The notes under the pieces: model-generated | Databases searched by the model: none | Told to the model about the DNA's origin: nothing | Seen by the model: only the letters and a program-made list of their open reading frames with translations | Shown: in pieces, positions 18,676 to 28,086 of the stretch | Numbering within the stretch: position 1 is the first letter of the stretch | Layout of the letters: every line of letters starts with the position of its first letter | Translations under genes and position numbers: made by a program | Origin: Oceanispirochaeta sp. | GTDB taxonomy: Bacteria; Spirochaetota; Spirochaetia; DSM-2461 | Assembly (NCBI GenBank): GCA_963663385.2 | Contig: CAXXXD010000001.1 | Coordinates: 160,001 to 224,000, forward strand | DNA length: 64,000 nucleotides | Direction of reading: 5' to 3'

Positions 18676-20814
18676 GTGAAAAAAGGAATCATTCTTCTGA
18701 TACTTCTATCCGCGGCCCTGAGCACTGTTAGTGCGGATGTTATGGAAGTTCGGCGGTTCGGCCTGTTTATTGGAGCAAATAACGGAGGAGATACCCGGCA
18801 GAAGCTGCTTTACGCGGGCGATGATGCCACAGCTATGTCCAACACAATGCGGGATATTGGTGGTATTGATCCTCCCGATAACATACTCCTTATTGATCCT
18901 GATTCAAATGAAATCCTTGAAAAGCTGCGGGAGATGAGCCGGGAAATAAACCGTGTAGAGACCCTGGTCCGGAGAACAGAGGTAATGTTTTACTACTCGG
19001 GGCATTCCGATGAAAACGGGATTCTCCTGTCTGACAATCAGATCCGGTACAAAACCATTCGGGATATGCTGGAAGCAAGCGGAGCAGATGTGGTAATTGC
19101 TGTTCTGGACTCCTGCTCATCCGGAGCCTTTACCAGAACCAAGGGCGGTCAGAGGCGATCCCCTTTTCTTATTGATGAATCCTCGACTATGGAGGGGCAT
19201 GCCTTTCTGACATCCAGCTCGGAAACGGAACTATCCCAGGAGTCGGACCGGATTGGCGCATCATTCTTTACCCATTACCTGATTACAGGGTTGAGGGGCG
19301 CCGCAGACAACACAAGGGATGGACGGGTTACACTGAATGAAGTGTATCAGCATACCTACCAGGAGACTCTTTCCAAAACAGAATCCACCATCGGCGGTCC
19401 CCAGCACCCGGCCTACGAAATCCAGCTGACCGGAACGGGAGACCTTGTTCTGACAGATTTGACTGTCCCCACATCCGCTCTTCAACTCTCGGGAGAACTG
19501 GCCGGACGATTCTCTGTCCGGAACAGACAGGATCGCCTTGTAGCTGAATTTACAAAACCCGAAGGAGATACACTTAAACTGGCCCTTCCCTCCGGCGCCT
19601 ATACAATCCGTCTGGATGACGACCTGGAAACCTATGGGAATTCGGATGATGTCAAAACAGCACGGATAGAATTGAGCCGTAATGCCCAGCTTTACCTGAC
19701 AAAAAGGGACTTCAGTTCCAACGGTCTGGAGTTTACCCGCTTCCGCGGTAATCTGAAACAGGGAGACAAAGATGAAAAATATGTTTTCGCCCTTTTACCG
19801 GGATTAAACTACCCGTCCCTCAATGCAGATGATCTGGTCCGGATTCAGGCGGGGCTGCTGGGTTCCATTGCTCCACAGCTATCGGGGATTCAGGCCTCCT
19901 GGATTTTTAATATAACGGGACAGGAAAGCGAAGGAATACAGGCCAGTGAAATATTCAATCTGGCAGAGGATGATTTTCAGGGCATACAGGCATCGGGAGT
20001 TTTCAATATAACGGAAGGTCAGATGGAGGGGCTCCAGGCTTCCGGAGTTTTCAATATATCAGACAGCAGTATGTCGGGGATTCAATCATCCGGGGTATTC
20101 AATATTGCGGGAGACTATTTCTCCGGCGTCCAGACAGCCGGGCTCTTCAATATCGTGGACAGACCGGCCACAGGGATACAGGCGGCCGGGTTATTCAATA
20201 TCGCAGGAGAATTGAAAGGGATTCAGGCAGCCAGCCTGTTCAACTATGGATCCTATATGCACGGATTACAGGCGTCACTGCTGAATGTCACAGGAACCAT
20301 GCGGGGGCTGCAGATAGGCTTGCTGAATATAAACCGGGAAGTATACGGACTGCCGATAGGATTTGTCAGCTTGTCCCGGAATGGGATTGTGGATACAGGC
20401 GTATGGTATGAGTACGAAGACGATCACAGGGTCTATACCTCCTTTCAGTCGGGAACCAATTATTTCTATACACTTTACTATTTCGGAAACAAACAAAAGG
20501 ACTATCTGGAAAGTCAGGAAGATATGGTCTGGGGATTCCACCTGGGGAGCCGGATCAGCTTCGGCCCTTTTGATATAGACCTGGACGGCGGAGCCAAACA
20601 GTGTTACAAGGATCTGAGTGAGGATCATAATTTTTCAGTCCCCTCGGCGAGGGTTATTATTGCTTTAAAAGGTTTTGGTCTTTTCTGGGGAGTGACTATG
20701 GATATTCAGTATCCCGGAGCAACATCCGCCCTCTACACGGGAGAAAAATTCAGTTTTCTGGGAAACAGGGATTACCCGGCTTACTACCGATATGTATTCG
20801 GCTTCAGGATTTAG
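18676..20814 (+). CDS. exported caspase-family (peptidase C14) protein with C-terminal GxQxxxxxN repeats
   Basis: Signal peptide from GTG 18676; YYSGH and LDSC catalytic motifs; SFFTHYLITGLRGAAD..DG.VTL.E.Y. Confidence 0.88.
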   Translation: MKKGIILLILLSAALSTVSADVMEVRRFGLFIGANNGGDTRQKLLYAGDDATAMSNTMRDIGGIDPPDNILLIDPDSNEILEKLREMSREINRVETLVRRTEVMFYYSGHSDENGILLSDNQIRYKTIRDMLEASGADVVIAVLDSCSSGAFTRTKGGQRRSPFLIDESSTMEGHAFLTSSSETELSQESDRIGASFFTHYLITGLRGAADNTRDGRVTLNEVYQHTYQETLSKTESTIGGPQHPAYEIQLTGTGDLVLTDLTVPTSALQLSGELAGRFSVRNRQDRLVAEFTKPEGDTLKLALPSGAYTIRLDDDLETYGNSDDVKTARIELSRNAQLYLTKRDFSSNGLEFTRFRGNLKQGDKDEKYVFALLPGLNYPSLNADDLVRIQAGLLGSIAPQLSGIQASWIFNITGQESEGIQASEIFNLAEDDFQGIQASGVFNITEGQMEGLQASGVFNISDSSMSGIQSSGVFNIAGDYFSGVQTAGLFNIVDRPATGIQAAGLFNIAGELKGIQAASLFNYGSYMHGLQASLLNVTGTMRGLQIGLLNINREVYGLPIGFVSLSRNGIVDTGVWYEYEDDHRVYTSFQSGTNYFYTLYYFGNKQKDYLESQEDMVWGFHLGSRISFGPFDIDLDGGAKQCYKDLSEDHNFSVPSARVIIALKGFGLFWGVTMDIQYPGATSALYTGEKFSFLGNRDYPAYYRYVFGFRI
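19885..20360 (+). repeat. about ten 14-16 aa intragenic repeats (G[IL]QASG[VL]FNI), LA_2272-like surface repeat
   Basis: Visible in translation. Confidence 0.85.
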
Positions 20815-20835
20815 TCCTTCGACTACGCTCAGGAC
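20814..20835 (+). repeat. REP-like element GTCCTTCGACTACGCTCAGGAC
   Basis: Hairpin; the reverse-complement core CTGAGCG.AGTCGAAG recurs at 43319-43334. Confidence 0.6.
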
Positions 20836-20955
20836 ACTGAAGAAGTAATATTTAATTTCTTTTCTCCGGACCCTTCTCAGGAGGAGTATTATTTCCAGTT
20901 ACATCTCCCCTGAGGAGTGCCTGGAAATGAACATTTCAGAACAATCACAATAATA

Positions 20956-22776
20956 CTAATCAACAAGGGGAAACGCCATTTTCACAATACACCCCATTTT
21001 ATCTTTTCTGTTATTTATTGAAATTGTCCCCTGATACTTTTTGATAATCCCGTAAACAAGGGACAGACCTAATCCGGTATTTATGCCATTATAGGATTTT
21101 GTTGAGTAGAATGGGGTAAAATAGTCTTTACTGATGTCTATACCCGCTCCAGTATCTTCTATCTGTATTTCCAGAAAGTTCTCATTATTCACAGATATTC
21201 TCTCAATTGTAATGTCAATATCGCCATCTTTCTGAATTGACTCGAAACTGTTCTTGATTATATTCAGCAAAGCCTGCTTGAATTCGTTTTCATTAATATA
21301 AACGACATTGTTCTTATTAAGCTCAGTCAGATTGATGCTGATATTCTTCAGTTTCGCATTAACCCTCAGCAGATCTATCATTTCCTTTACCAGATCATTG
21401 ATGCTGGCATTTTCCGGAGCGACCTTTTCCAGATTGGAAAAATTCTGGAGATTACTTACTATTTTATTAATATATCTAACCTGCTTTGATAATTGATCAA
21501 CAATTTTTATGAGATCAGGTTCATTGTATCTGAATCTGATGTTTGTAAGGTAATTACTGATTATCTCAAGGGGATTATTTATCTCGTGAGCAACCCCGGC
21601 AGAGAGCAGGCCGACAGACGACAATTTCTCCGATAGATGATTGTTCTGCTGCAGGGAATCGTATTCTGTAATATCATAAAATATCAGCATTGATCCGATC
21701 TTGTTATTACCGTCATAAATCGGAGAGTAGTGTACGTTGTAAATGCCTTTCGTATCATTGATATTCAGTGATAAATGATAAATTGTATTTTCATCGTTTT
21801 CTGACAGCTGATCCAGTATTATGTTTTTTGTAGTAATAATTGTTTTGTCAAAGATACACTCTCCCGGTTTCTCAATGTAATCGCCTATATCGATATGAAA
21901 ACTATCAATGAAATATTTGTTAGCGAGCTTCAATATTCCATTATTGTTAAGAATGATTAAATTAACCGGAAGATTTTCGAGTATGGCTTCATTGTATTTT
22001 ATCAAATGATAGAAAGAGTCAGAGGAAGTCTGAATCACAGGCGTTTCCGATAACTGGGTATAAGCCATTCTGATTATCTGCATTCTGCCGATGCTTTGAA
22101 CTGACTCCGTAAGGATATTCGTCCCATATCGTATTATTGATACTCTATCAGATATATCGAATGCCCAGTCGATTTTATGAGTCATGAGAATGATACAGCA
22201 ACCGCCATCTCTTAATTTCCTTAGAATGCTTTTCAACTTGGAATAATACTCAACGGACAACTTATCCAGAGATTCATCCAGAATCAGGACCCTTGGATTA
22301 TTTTTAATTTTTGCCAGTATGGAAACAAGGGCCCGCTCGGATAAAGTCAGGTTTTTAGTCACTTTATCAACATCAAGATCGAAACCGAACCCCTTCAGAT
22401 ATGTATCTGCTGTTTCATGGAGTCTTCTTTTCAGGGAAAGAGAAAAAAACGGTGACGTGTTATCACAGAAAAAGAGATTTTCCGCAACCGTAAAATATGG
22501 ATTCAGCATTAATTGCTGATGAACAAATTGAATACCGGTCTGTTGTGCAACTTTCGTCTTAATAAAGCTATAATCCGTATTATCAACTGAGACGGTACCG
22601 GATTCCGGTCTTACCAATCCGCACAGAATCAGGCCGATACTGGATTTCCCGGCACCGTGTTCCCCGATCAGAGCATGTATGCTGCTGCTTGTAAAACTGA
22701 TATTTATATCATTTAGAGCTCTGACTTTATTAAAATTAAGCCGTACGTTTTTTATATCGACAATTTTATCAGACAT
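20956..22776 (-). CDS. soluble sensor histidine kinase with N-terminal sugar-ABC ATPase domain and PAS-like domain
   Basis: Walker A GEHGAGKS, Q-loop VHQQ, Walker B LILDE, switch THK; then LENLPVNLIILNNNG (PAS-like), GVAHEINNPL, N-box LLNIIKNS, DTGAGI, GLGLSL. Confidence 0.9.
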   Translation of the reverse strand: MSDKIVDIKNVRLNFNKVRALNDINISFTSSSIHALIGEHGAGKSSIGLILCGLVRPESGTVSVDNTDYSFIKTKVAQQTGIQFVHQQLMLNPYFTVAENLFFCDNTSPFFSLSLKRRLHETADTYLKGFGFDLDVDKVTKNLTLSERALVSILAKIKNNPRVLILDESLDKLSVEYYSKLKSILRKLRDGGCCIILMTHKIDWAFDISDRVSIIRYGTNILTESVQSIGRMQIIRMAYTQLSETPVIQTSSDSFYHLIKYNEAILENLPVNLIILNNNGILKLANKYFIDSFHIDIGDYIEKPGECIFDKTIITTKNIILDQLSENDENTIYHLSLNINDTKGIYNVHYSPIYDGNNKIGSMLIFYDITEYDSLQQNNHLSEKLSSVGLLSAGVAHEINNPLEIISNYLTNIRFRYNEPDLIKIVDQLSKQVRYINKIVSNLQNFSNLEKVAPENASINDLVKEMIDLLRVNAKLKNISINLTELNKNNVVYINENEFKQALLNIIKNSFESIQKDGDIDITIERISVNNENFLEIQIEDTGAGIDISKDYFTPFYSTKSYNGINTGLGLSLVYGIIKKYQGTISINNRKDKMGCIVKMAFPLVD

Positions 22777-22777
22777 C

Positions 22778-24103
22778 CTACAATATTCCGTATTTTTTCA
22801 ATTTGAGATAAAGAGTATTACGGCTCATCTGTAAATATTTGGCTGTTTCCGATTTGTTATTACCGGTTTTCAATAAAACTTTCCTGATCAGTTCTTTTTC
22901 TCTCTGCTGAACAATACTCAATGAATCATTATCATTTGATCCGCTTATTTCAAAACTCGGGGGCAGATCCTCCATTCTGATTTCATTGTTCTGGGAAATC
23001 GTTGCCGCATATAAAAGAGCATTCTTAAGCTCGCGTATGTTACCAGGCCAGTGATAGTTCATAAATACATGTTTGACCTGATCAGATAGAGATTTCCTGG
23101 GGTTTTTTGCATTGACGCTTATTTCATTTAGCAGAACATCTGTCAGTGCATCGAAATCTTCCCTGCGATTCCTTAAGGGCGGGATTTTCAGCAGACCGCC
23201 GTTCAACCGGTAAAACAGATCTTCCCGGAAAGAGCCTTCCTCAACCATATCCGACAGGTTTTTATTGGTAGATGCTATAAATCTGACATCAATTTTTCTG
23301 ACTTCCTTTCCGCCGATTCGTCTCACTTCCTGATTTTGAATCACTCTCAGGATCTTGGCCTGAAGAGTTGTGGGCATATCTCCAATCTCATCCAGAAGCA
23401 GCGTGCCATTGTTCGCCTGTTCAAACACACCGAGATACTCGGAGGAAGCCCCTGTATAGGCGCCTTTTTCATGCCCGAATAATTCATTGTCCAGAAGACT
23501 CTCCGGAAAGGCTGCACAATTAATTTTTATAAAATTTTCGGAAACCCTATTCGAATTCCTGTAAATGTAATCCGCCAGCAATTCTTTGCCGGTTCCATTT
23601 TCACCTATGATCAGGATTGAGATGTCTGATTCTGCCAGTTTTCTGGCCCGATTTAATAGACTGCTGAACTCTGCATTTTCGCTGCTTAATATATTGCATT
23701 CTTTTTTCAGCCTGTCTTTTAGTTTTTCATTTTCTTTTTTAACTCTTAAATTTTCAGTTGCCGTATCGATTCTTGTACACAGGGTATTGAAATCTATGGG
23801 TTTTTTTACAAAATCGAAAGCTCCCAGCTTCATTGCATTGACTGCCGCTTCAATCGTTGCATACCCGGTTATCATAATCACGGGAATAGGGGGATATTCC
23901 TTTTTTATTTTTTCAAGAGTTTCGACTCCGTTCTCGTTCCCTAATCGTACATCAAGCAAAATAATATTAATATCTTCTTTTTTCAGGACAGAAAAAGCAT
24001 CTTTTGTATTTTTGGCATAAAACAGATAATGCCCGACAAAAGAAAAGTTATCTTTCAGTACCTTATATAACTGTTGATTGTCATCTATGAATAAAATATC
24101 CAA
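22778..24103 (-). CDS. NtrC-family sigma54-dependent response regulator
   Basis: REC (IDD, LLDV, KP), GENGTGKE, GAYTGA, LLLDEIG, WPGNIREL, Fis HTH; AGGAG 8 nt before TTG 24103. Confidence 0.95.
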   Translation of the reverse strand: MDILFIDDNQQLYKVLKDNFSFVGHYLFYAKNTKDAFSVLKKEDINIILLDVRLGNENGVETLEKIKKEYPPIPVIMITGYATIEAAVNAMKLGAFDFVKKPIDFNTLCTRIDTATENLRVKKENEKLKDRLKKECNILSSENAEFSSLLNRARKLAESDISILIIGENGTGKELLADYIYRNSNRVSENFIKINCAAFPESLLDNELFGHEKGAYTGASSEYLGVFEQANNGTLLLDEIGDMPTTLQAKILRVIQNQEVRRIGGKEVRKIDVRFIASTNKNLSDMVEEGSFREDLFYRLNGGLLKIPPLRNRREDFDALTDVLLNEISVNAKNPRKSLSDQVKHVFMNYHWPGNIRELKNALLYAATISQNNEIRMEDLPPSFEISGSNDNDSLSIVQQREKELIRKVLLKTGNNKSETAKYLQMSRNTLYLKLKKYGIL

Positions 24104-24165
24104 ATTCAAGTCTCCTGTAAGCCAAAGCACAGTGTTATATGATTTAGTACAACCTGAACAGACAC

Positions 24166-24182
24166 TGTCCTAATTTAGGACA
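24166..24182. promoter_or_regulatory. perfect palindrome TGTCCTAA-T-TTAGGACA, candidate enhancer (UAS)
   Basis: TGT-N11-ACA about 100 bp upstream of the -24/-12 site; partial second site at 24135-24151. Confidence 0.7.
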
Positions 24183-24269
24183 ATGATAATACAACAATTA
24201 TAAACCCGCAACGATAAAAATCTGTTTAACTTACTGCTATATTAGCATTAATAAGAATCACCCTGATCC

Positions 24270-24285
24270 TGGTATGGTAATTGCA
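24270..24285 (+). promoter_or_regulatory. sigma54 -24/-12 promoter TGGTATG-GTAA-TTGCA
   Basis: GG-N10-GC spacing is exact; matches the TGGCACG-N4-TTGCW consensus. Confidence 0.8.
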
Positions 24286-24328
24286 TTGAATTATAACCAG
24301 AACGTATAATCATAACAAAGGAGAGAAA

Positions 24329-25342
24329 ATGAAAAAACTGTTATCCCTATTATTAATCAGCTGTCTGGGATTCGCTTCTGTTTTTGCCTCCGGGGCAAAT
24401 GATGCTCAGGCCGATTCCGGGGAAAAGAGTATCGGTGATCTGAAGATAGTACTGATTCTTCCGGGACCGATTAATGATCAGTCATGGAATGCGACAAACT
24501 ATGCCGGTCTTGTCGCATGTAATGAACAGCTTGGAACGAAAATGGAATATGTTGAGAATGTTCAGGCATCGGATTATGAATCGACATTCAGAAATTACAG
24601 CGAAAGAGGCTATAACCTGATTATGGCAGCGGGAACGCAATTTGATGATGCTGCCAATAAAGTAGCCGCTGACTATTCTGATACAACATTCTGCGTTGTT
24701 AATGGATTCAGAGCAGATTATCCCAATGTATCTCCTATTTTCCCCAAGGAATTCGAAGCGAGCTATATCGCCTCGTTAATTGCGGGAGAGGTGACAGAAA
24801 ACGGAAAGTTTGCCACTATCGGCGGTTTTCCGAATGAGGCGATGGAAAAGCTTCTGGATGTTTATGAAAAAGTTTCCGTCAGTATAGCAAAAGAAAGAGG
24901 GATCTCCGGTTCCAGTGCTAACAGATCGTATGCCAATAGCTGGGATGATATTGCCCTCGGAAAACAGATGGCTGAAACAATGATTGACAATGGTGCAGAT
25001 ACACTGTTTGTATACGCCAATCAGGTAGGGTTAGGAGCTATTCAGGCCGCAAAAGAGAAAGGCAAGAAATTTGTCGGATTTTCCAGTAATCAAAATGAAA
25101 TCGCCCCGGGAACAGTAGTTGCCTCGGTCATTTTTGATTTTCAGATTTTCTACACGTGGGCTGTCGAAAAATACTACAACGGAACTCTGACAGGCGGAAA
25201 AGTACATGAAGCCGGAATCAGGGAAGGGATCTTCAGACCCGTTTACCCGAGCGCATTTTCAGAGGATATAAAATCAAAAGTTGAAGCCGGTATGACAAAG
25301 GCAATCAACGGAGAAGTTGATTTCCAGTCAATGTTCAAGTAA
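24329..25342 (+). CDS. BMP-family ABC substrate-binding protein (nucleoside/purine-like)
   Basis: LPGPINDQSWNAT.Y.GL, SWDD..LGK..A..MIDNGAD; signal peptide ending FASG. Confidence 0.9.
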   Translation: MKKLLSLLLISCLGFASVFASGANDAQADSGEKSIGDLKIVLILPGPINDQSWNATNYAGLVACNEQLGTKMEYVENVQASDYESTFRNYSERGYNLIMAAGTQFDDAANKVAADYSDTTFCVVNGFRADYPNVSPIFPKEFEASYIASLIAGEVTENGKFATIGGFPNEAMEKLLDVYEKVSVSIAKERGISGSSANRSYANSWDDIALGKQMAETMIDNGADTLFVYANQVGLGAIQAAKEKGKKFVGFSSNQNEIAPGTVVASVIFDFQIFYTWAVEKYYNGTLTGGKVHEAGIREGIFRPVYPSAFSEDIKSKVEAGMTKAINGEVDFQSMFK

Positions 25343-25351
25343 TGGCAGATA

Positions 25352-25390
25352 ACACAATTCCCTGATATTGATCAGGGTATTGTGTCTTTT
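25352..25390 (+). terminator. intra-operon stem-loop after the SBP gene (partial terminator or mRNA stabiliser)
   Basis: ACACAAT.CCCTGAT/ATCAGGG.ATTGTGT followed by CTTTT. Confidence 0.65.
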
Positions 25391-25519
25391 ATCGGGTAGA
25401 CGCAAACCACAGGCAGCAGGATTACAAATAATTAATACATTTCATTCTATGTGGAAAAATCAGAGCATAAATTGAAGGATTTGCCGGAAATTATCAGTAA
25501 TTCCTCTAGGAACAGCATT

Positions 25520-27037
25520 ATGAATAAACCTTTTTTTGAACTGAAAAATATATCAAAATATTTTGCCAAAGTAATTGCAAACAAGGATGTTTCCTTATCC
25601 ATTAATCGAGGCGAAGTCCTGGCTCTCCTGGGAGAAAACGGGGCAGGAAAGAGTACATGCATGAAAATCCTTTACGGGCTTTATCAGGCTGACGAAGGAG
25701 AGATTTTCAAAGAAGGTGAAAGGATAATAATCAAATCACCCAAAGATGCAATGCAGCATAGGATTTCCATGATTCAGCAGCATTTCTCTCTCGTTTCAGC
25801 GCATACCGTTACGGAGAATATTATCCTCGGAAATGTAAAAGGGAAAATAAACTGGATTGAGGAAGAAAGAAAGATTCAGAAATTGGCTGATCAGTACGGA
25901 TTTGCTGTTGACTCCCGGAAAAAGATAAAAGATCTGACTGTAGGAGAGCAGCAGAAAGTTGAAATATTAAAGGCATTATACTTGGACGCGAATTTGCTGA
26001 TAATGGATGAGCCCACAGCAGTGTTAACTCCTCAGGAGATAGATATATTAATGGATTTCGTTAAGGGTTACTCCAAACGGGGCAATGCCGTTATTTTCAT
26101 AACCCATAAGCTTAAGGAAGTAATGAGTGTAGCAAACAGAATTATTGTAATGAGATCCGGAATGATACATGGGAATGTATTAAAAGAGCAGACAAATGAA
26201 ATTGAATTATCAAAAATGATGATTGAACATACAATTAAAGAATTAGAGAAAGTCAACGATGATAATGATGTGAAAGATGTCAGCCTTTCCGTCAGGAATT
26301 TAACCGTTAGGCAGAAGAACGAGATCCCCCTGTTAAATGATGTATCTTTTAATATTCACAGGGGTGAAATCTTCGGTATTGCCGGAGTTTCAGGCAATGG
26401 ACAACAGGAACTCTGCATGGCAATCTGCGGAGCCGTAAAACCGGTTGGTGGATCAATCATCCTTGAAAATGAGGACATAACCGACTTTTCGATCAGGAAG
26501 AGAATCTCTATGGGAATGGGATATGTCCCGTCGGACAGACATCGGTATGGAATGCTTATGGACATGAGCCTGTCCGAAAACATCCTGCTTAAAACCAGTT
26601 ATTCCAAAAAGTGGAAAAAGAATGGATTGATTGATAAAAAGAAACTGACCGATACTACAAATCAGATATTAGAGAAATTCAATGTGAAAGCTCCGGGACA
26701 TTACTCCCTGGCAAAAGAATTGTCCGGTGGAAATCAGCAGAAGGTCATTGTCGGCAGAGAAGTCGAATTCTGCGGAGATTTCATTATATTCGATCAGCCT
26801 ACCAGAGGTTTGGATTTAGGCGCAATCAACAATGTCCACTCGGCCATATTAAAAGAGAAGCAGAAAAACAAGGCTGTTATGCTGATCTCGACAGAGTTGT
26901 CTGAAATTTTTGCCTTATCCGACAGGGTTGCTGTTTTCTATAAGGGCGAAATACAGGGTATATATAAAACATCCGAACTCAGCAGTGAAAAAATCGGGTT
27001 GCTTATGGCTGGATATAAGCATCAGGAGGCAATCTAA
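25520..27037 (+). CDS. CUT2/nucleoside ABC transporter ATP-binding protein (tandem NBD)
   Basis: GENGAGKS, DEPTAVL, GVSGNGQ, LSGGNQQK, QPTRGLD. Confidence 0.95.
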   Translation: MNKPFFELKNISKYFAKVIANKDVSLSINRGEVLALLGENGAGKSTCMKILYGLYQADEGEIFKEGERIIIKSPKDAMQHRISMIQQHFSLVSAHTVTENIILGNVKGKINWIEEERKIQKLADQYGFAVDSRKKIKDLTVGEQQKVEILKALYLDANLLIMDEPTAVLTPQEIDILMDFVKGYSKRGNAVIFITHKLKEVMSVANRIIVMRSGMIHGNVLKEQTNEIELSKMMIEHTIKELEKVNDDNDVKDVSLSVRNLTVRQKNEIPLLNDVSFNIHRGEIFGIAGVSGNGQQELCMAICGAVKPVGGSIILENEDITDFSIRKRISMGMGYVPSDRHRYGMLMDMSLSENILLKTSYSKKWKKNGLIDKKKLTDTTNQILEKFNVKAPGHYSLAKELSGGNQQKVIVGREVEFCGDFIIFDQPTRGLDLGAINNVHSAILKEKQKNKAVMLISTELSEIFALSDRVAVFYKGEIQGIYKTSELSSEKIGLLMAGYKHQEAI

Positions 27038-28086
27038 TGGATAAAAAAAACCGGGATATTCTTATTACCAGCTTCCTGGCAATTCTGTTGGGACTGATTC
27101 TCAGCGGTATTATGGTTCTTTTTCTGAAAAAGAATCCCATATATGTTTTCAGCATTCTCTTCTCATCCATGTTTCGGGATGGCTATACAATCGGAGAAAT
27201 CTTTGTAAAGGCGACACCCCTGATTTTTACGGCGCTGGCTTTTGCTTTTACGTTTAAAGCGAATCTTTTCAATATTGGAGCCCAGGGGCAATTCTATATG
27301 GGATCGATAACGGCTGTGACTGTATCGTTATTTATACCGTCTCCCCTTGCCATTCCACTGGCTATTTTCTTCTCTTTTCTGATCAGCGGGATATGGGGAG
27401 GCTTTATTGGATTCTTTAAAGCCAGATTCAAAGCGAATGAATTTCTCATCAGTATGATGAGCACTTATGTCGCCCTGAATTTTATGAACTATTTACTGAG
27501 AACAGTCCTGATGGAAAGCAAAGGCGAATACCCTCAAACCGATTCGCTGGTAAAAAGTACCTGGCTATTTAAAATTGTTCCGCATACAAGACTTCACTTC
27601 GGTTTTGTTCTGGCGATTCTTGCTGCAGTAATTGTCTGGCTCATACTCTACAGAACGACTTTGGGATTCAGGATCAGAGCTGTGGGACAAAACCAGGAAG
27701 CTGCAAGGATGAGCGGCGTCAATCCTGAAAGGATTTATATTTTCACCTTTTTTGTCAGCGGAGGACTGGCGGGTCTTGCCGGAGTCACAGAGGTCAATGG
27801 GGTTCAGCATATGCTGCTTCAGGGTTTTAACCCTTCAATTGGAGCCCTTGGCATAGGAATCGCTATTTTAGCCAATGCCAATCCCATAGGGATCATCTTC
27901 GCTTCAATCCTGTTCGGAGCCTTGCATGTAGGAGGTACTATCATGGGCCAGCTGTCAGGAGTGCCTTCCAGTATTATAAATTTAATGGAAGGGTTTGTTA
28001 TGGTATTTGTCATCATCTCTTATTTTGTGCGGAAGAGATGGGAGTTGAACAGAGAAAAAAAACTTCTTAAGGAAGGGATCTACTGA
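27037..28086 (+). CDS. nucleoside-type ABC permease 1
   Basis: LFNIGAQGQFYMG, RTTLGFRIRAVGQN..AA. Confidence 0.93.
   Translation: MDKKNRDILITSFLAILLGLILSGIMVLFLKKNPIYVFSILFSSMFRDGYTIGEIFVKATPLIFTALAFAFTFKANLFNIGAQGQFYMGSITAVTVSLFIPSPLAIPLAIFFSFLISGIWGGFIGFFKARFKANEFLISMMSTYVALNFMNYLLRTVLMESKGEYPQTDSLVKSTWLFKIVPHTRLHFGFVLAILAAVIVWLILYRTTLGFRIRAVGQNQEAARMSGVNPERIYIFTFFVSGGLAGLAGVTEVNGVQHMLLQGFNPSIGALGIGIAILANANPIGIIFASILFGALHVGGTIMGQLSGVPSSIINLMEGFVMVFVIISYFVRKRWELNREKKLLKEGIY

Noticed and set aside
19885..20360. CRISPR-like periodic repeats
   Set aside because: Degenerate, in-frame protein-coding repeats; no cas genes.
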